Below, one piece after another: positions 43,937 to 64,000 of a stretch of DNA of 64,000 nt (position 1 is the stretch's first letter; every line of letters starts with the position of its first letter). Both the position numbers and the translations under genes were made by a program. Origin of the DNA: Bugula neritina (lineage: Eukaryota; Animalia; Bryozoa); contig OZ037765.1 in assembly GCA_964035545.1 (NCBI GenBank), forward strand, positions 5,652,698-5,716,697, given 5' to 3'. The notes under the pieces are model-generated. The model saw nothing but the letters and a program-made list of their open reading frames with translations. It was not told where the DNA came from and made no database searches.

Positions 43937-53474
<9,538 letters not shown>

Positions 53475-54222
53475 TGTTATGTGCCCTACTTCTGGTTATT
53501 ATGTACTATATGCTATTGTTGCGTGCTAATAAGAAAATATATTGTATTAATTATACTATTACACACTTATACTAAAACTATATATTGCATATAATTATAA
53601 TTACTATATAAAGAATATATGTACAATCATTATAGTTCATTATTTGCTGCAGTACACAATATAAAAAAATGTTATTTAATTAATTTTCTATTTGCACAAT
53701 TACATCTTTGTATAGTTATGGCATGTTAACATGCTATACTTAATTATTAGAATATAAATTTGTATAACATTTTCTGCTAACTTGGACAAACCGTCTAGTC
53801 TGTAATGATTTGTCTGTAAAATCGCTATATAAACAAATATAATATATTATTATATAATGCACTTATACAACAAGCCCATGTATAGAAATCGGAAAGACAA
53901 TTTCAAGTGCAGTGAAAATTAATTGTATAAAGATTTCCCTATGAATGCGGTGCTGTTAAAAGTGCAAGTGCACTTGAAAAATAATGCACAAATTGAATAA
54001 AGGTTTGCTGTTTGAGTTTTGCATGCTAAAAGCTAGCGATGATTTTCAATTACTTTTTTTTGCAGAACGAAAGCAATATAAAATTGCAGTATGTAAAATT
54101 TTTACGGAAATAATATCACTAAAAGTATTACTGCCAATATTATACATTGGCTGACTAATTAATCATGAGGCAGCTATAAGAAGACCAAGGCAGCGCCATT
54201 AAAACATGAACATGCATAGTAT

Positions 54223-54706
54223 ATACTGCAGGTAATATGAATGAGTATGTATAGCATACTGCAGGTAATATGAATGAGTATGTATAGCATACTGCAGGTA
54301 ATACTAATGAGTATGTATAGCACACTGCAGGTAATATGAATGAGTATGTATAGCATACTGCAGGTAATACTAATGAGTATGTATAGCACACTGCAGGTAA
54401 TATGAATGAGTATGTATAGCATACTGCAGGTAATACTAATGAGTATGTATAGCATACTGCAGGTAATACTAATGAGTATGTATAGCACACTGCAGGTAAT
54501 ATGAATGAGTATGTATAGCATACTGCAGGTAATATGAATGAGTATGTATAGCATACTGCAGGTAATACTAATGAGTATGTATAGCATACTGCAGGTAATA
54601 TGAATGAGTATGTATAGCACACTGCAGGTAATACTAATGAGTATGTATAGCATACTGCAGGTAATATGAATGAGTATGTATAGCATACTGCAGGTAATAC
54701 GAATGA
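54223..54706. repeat. 33-bp minisatellite, 14 full units plus a partial unit
   Basis: A(T/C)ACTGCAGGTAATA(TG/CT)AATGAGTATGTATAGC; unit starts run from 54223 to 54685 at an exact 33-bp period. Confidence 0.97.
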
Positions 54707-56909
54707 CCGTAATATTATATATCAGAAAATCAAGGCATATTCAATAGTTTCATGGAACTTCAGATGAAGGTAAAAATTTACTAATGTTTTAAACCATCAC
54801 AAGGAGCATGTGCTGCCAGAAGGTTTTGATGTCAATACTCACCAGGTTTATGCAGGTAGCCTGTTTACTGTTTTACATGTCACCAAATTAAAGATGTAAA
54901 AATTAAAATTATAACAGATTGCTGTTATGTCTGGAAATTTTTGTAAAATACTATAAAGACCACAAGCCAGAGCTTGAAGACTTCGGGGGACTGCATGAGG
55001 CCCTGAGACCATCAGCTGACCACTTTGGTCTTCAGGCTAACATATTTGTTGGGTATAACATGAGCACATGGCCTGCCTTCTAATATTTTATTTATTTTAA
55101 TAACAGTATACATGAAGATAGTATAACTCTGTTAAAGTGTGTAGAGTGCATGCATGCATTTAAGAAGTTAATTTCACAAAAATATACATATCAATTTATT
55201 ACAAAAATAACGTATTCAAACATATTATTATTTTCAGCAAAATAATAATTATCAAAAAGGTGACATGGTAATGCCAAGCACAAAGTTGTATCAGGTTCAC
55301 AAAAATATATATCAAATATATAAATATTCATTAATTATATTATTTCTATTTGGCACAAGAAATCGAAAGGGATTTATATTTTCAGATTATCGTGAACAAA
55401 GTAACACTCAGTGACAACTCTTGTGTTATAACAAAATATACTCTTATGTAAAAATAGAAATATACAATATTATAATATTTTAATATAAACGGATAATTTA
55501 AATTCACGAAAAACTTTATAAAAGTACAAACTCTTATAGATATAACCATAACTACTCAGCTAACTTAGACACTCTTAGAGCAATTAAGGTGGACGGAACA
55601 TTATTTTGGACAGAATAATTGTAAATTACTTTTAAAGAATAAACTTTCAATTAATAAAAATATAATTTATTAACCTATTGTAGGATTCAATGCTATTTAC
55701 ATTAAAATTACAGGTTAGAATGAAATAAACTGCCTAATATTTTTGTCTACAAACTCAAATGTATGTAAATATAATATATCTGAAAAGCCAATAAAATGTG
55801 AGAAATAATATATTATAATAAACTACATAGCCATATACAAGTATATTTAATTATAATCTTTTAGAAACTCCAATACTTCTTCTGTGTTTTCTTAACAATA
55901 TATTCAATTCCCATTCATAATATTATCTGCAAAAGTTATTGAACAAAGCTATAATATACCAATAGCGATGCATCAAACAGAATCTCACATAATTTATTGA
56001 TTACATCAGAACTATATTAGAACTAATGTCAATAATTGTGATCATGTCAAACAGTGATCAAAGATCATATAGGCTGCATAATAAATCATATATACTGAAT
56101 TATCTTTTTACCATCAAAGTTGCAGCGGGTTTATCTCATTTGTAACATGTTTTGTTTTACAAACAATTTTTAAGTTCAAACTGTTTTAGTTTTTCAATAA
56201 TAACTTTTTATTATAAATATAATATAATATAATAATAACATAATATATTTTGAATTGTTAGATAGCCACACGTGCCAAGCATTATATTTTCAATTACTTT
56301 TAAGTGAACAACTCTTTTTTGGTGCATTACAACTGACGTTGTTTACATGGCACAATTTCTTTTAATAGCAAATAGCAATGTTTCAGCATTTCCCCCAAAT
56401 GAAATGAACGTAAAATTGCTTCAACCAATCCCTGATTTTTGTAACACTTATTTGGTAACGTATTTCAAAAGTTATTATGAAATTGGTGGTGATTTTAAAT
56501 ATAGCATTTGCATTGTCTCGTAGAGAAGCACTGACTGGGTTGAATGGATGGAAATGTGTCACCCACGTGAATAGCACGTTTCCTTATAATTTCCTGTGAT
56601 GTTAAATAGACTATGAAAATCCTTGATCAAATAATATTGAATGAACAAATTAATTGTGATTATAAAAATATACCGTCGCTTTATGCCTTGCCACACAAAA
56701 TGTACGATGTATTGATAGTGGACTCAATTAATTTGTAAAGTGCATCTATTTAAAATAGTGCCAAGACCCAGTATTTTATATGCTTATTTCCTTTGCAGTT
56801 TATGCTATAGAAATATGTGACCACATACGTAGATGACGTTTTTGCTCAAAGTCAAAGCATGCATTACGAAGCAGAATTAAATGAAATACCAGTGTCTGTA
56901 TCAGCAATA

Positions 56910-64000
<7,091 letters not shown>

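Noticed and set aside
54155-54706. CRISPR-like array or repetitive ORFs (PAVCYTYSFIL)n
   Set aside because: Units are contiguous 33-mers with no unique spacers, no cas genes and a eukaryotic context. The ORFs follow from a unit length divisible by 3.

Overview
AT-rich, intron-rich animal (invertebrate-like) genomic DNA; the taxon cannot be determined from this window. Host genes rebuilt by hand from GT-AG exons with consistent phases: the 3' part of BRD8 (+), a 107-aa secreted IGFBP/neuroparsin-like Cys protein (-), FICD/HYPE (+), a GRK4/5/6-type kinase (-), ADSL (+), an unusual truncated polycystin-1-like gene combining PLAT, PKD1-type TM segments and an MSP domain (-), and the 3' part of a GLIS1/3-type zinc-finger gene (-). 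FICD intron 1 holds a very young full-length Ty3/Gypsy element (305-bp LTRs with 1 mismatch, ATAG TSD, tRNA-Leu-like PBS). It has a -1 frameshift-like signal and a third, non-env ORF with acidic, C2H2 and coiled-coil regions. A pogo/Tigger element with decayed ends keeps an intact spliced transposase ORF lacking its third catalytic Asp, and a MITE related to its two ends lies 15 kb away. There are also several copies of a tRNA-derived SINE and many micro/minisatellites, two of which duplicate splice junctions. The best candidates for undescribed biology are the PLAT-TM-MSP-TM 'mini-polycystin' and the retrotransposon ORF3.
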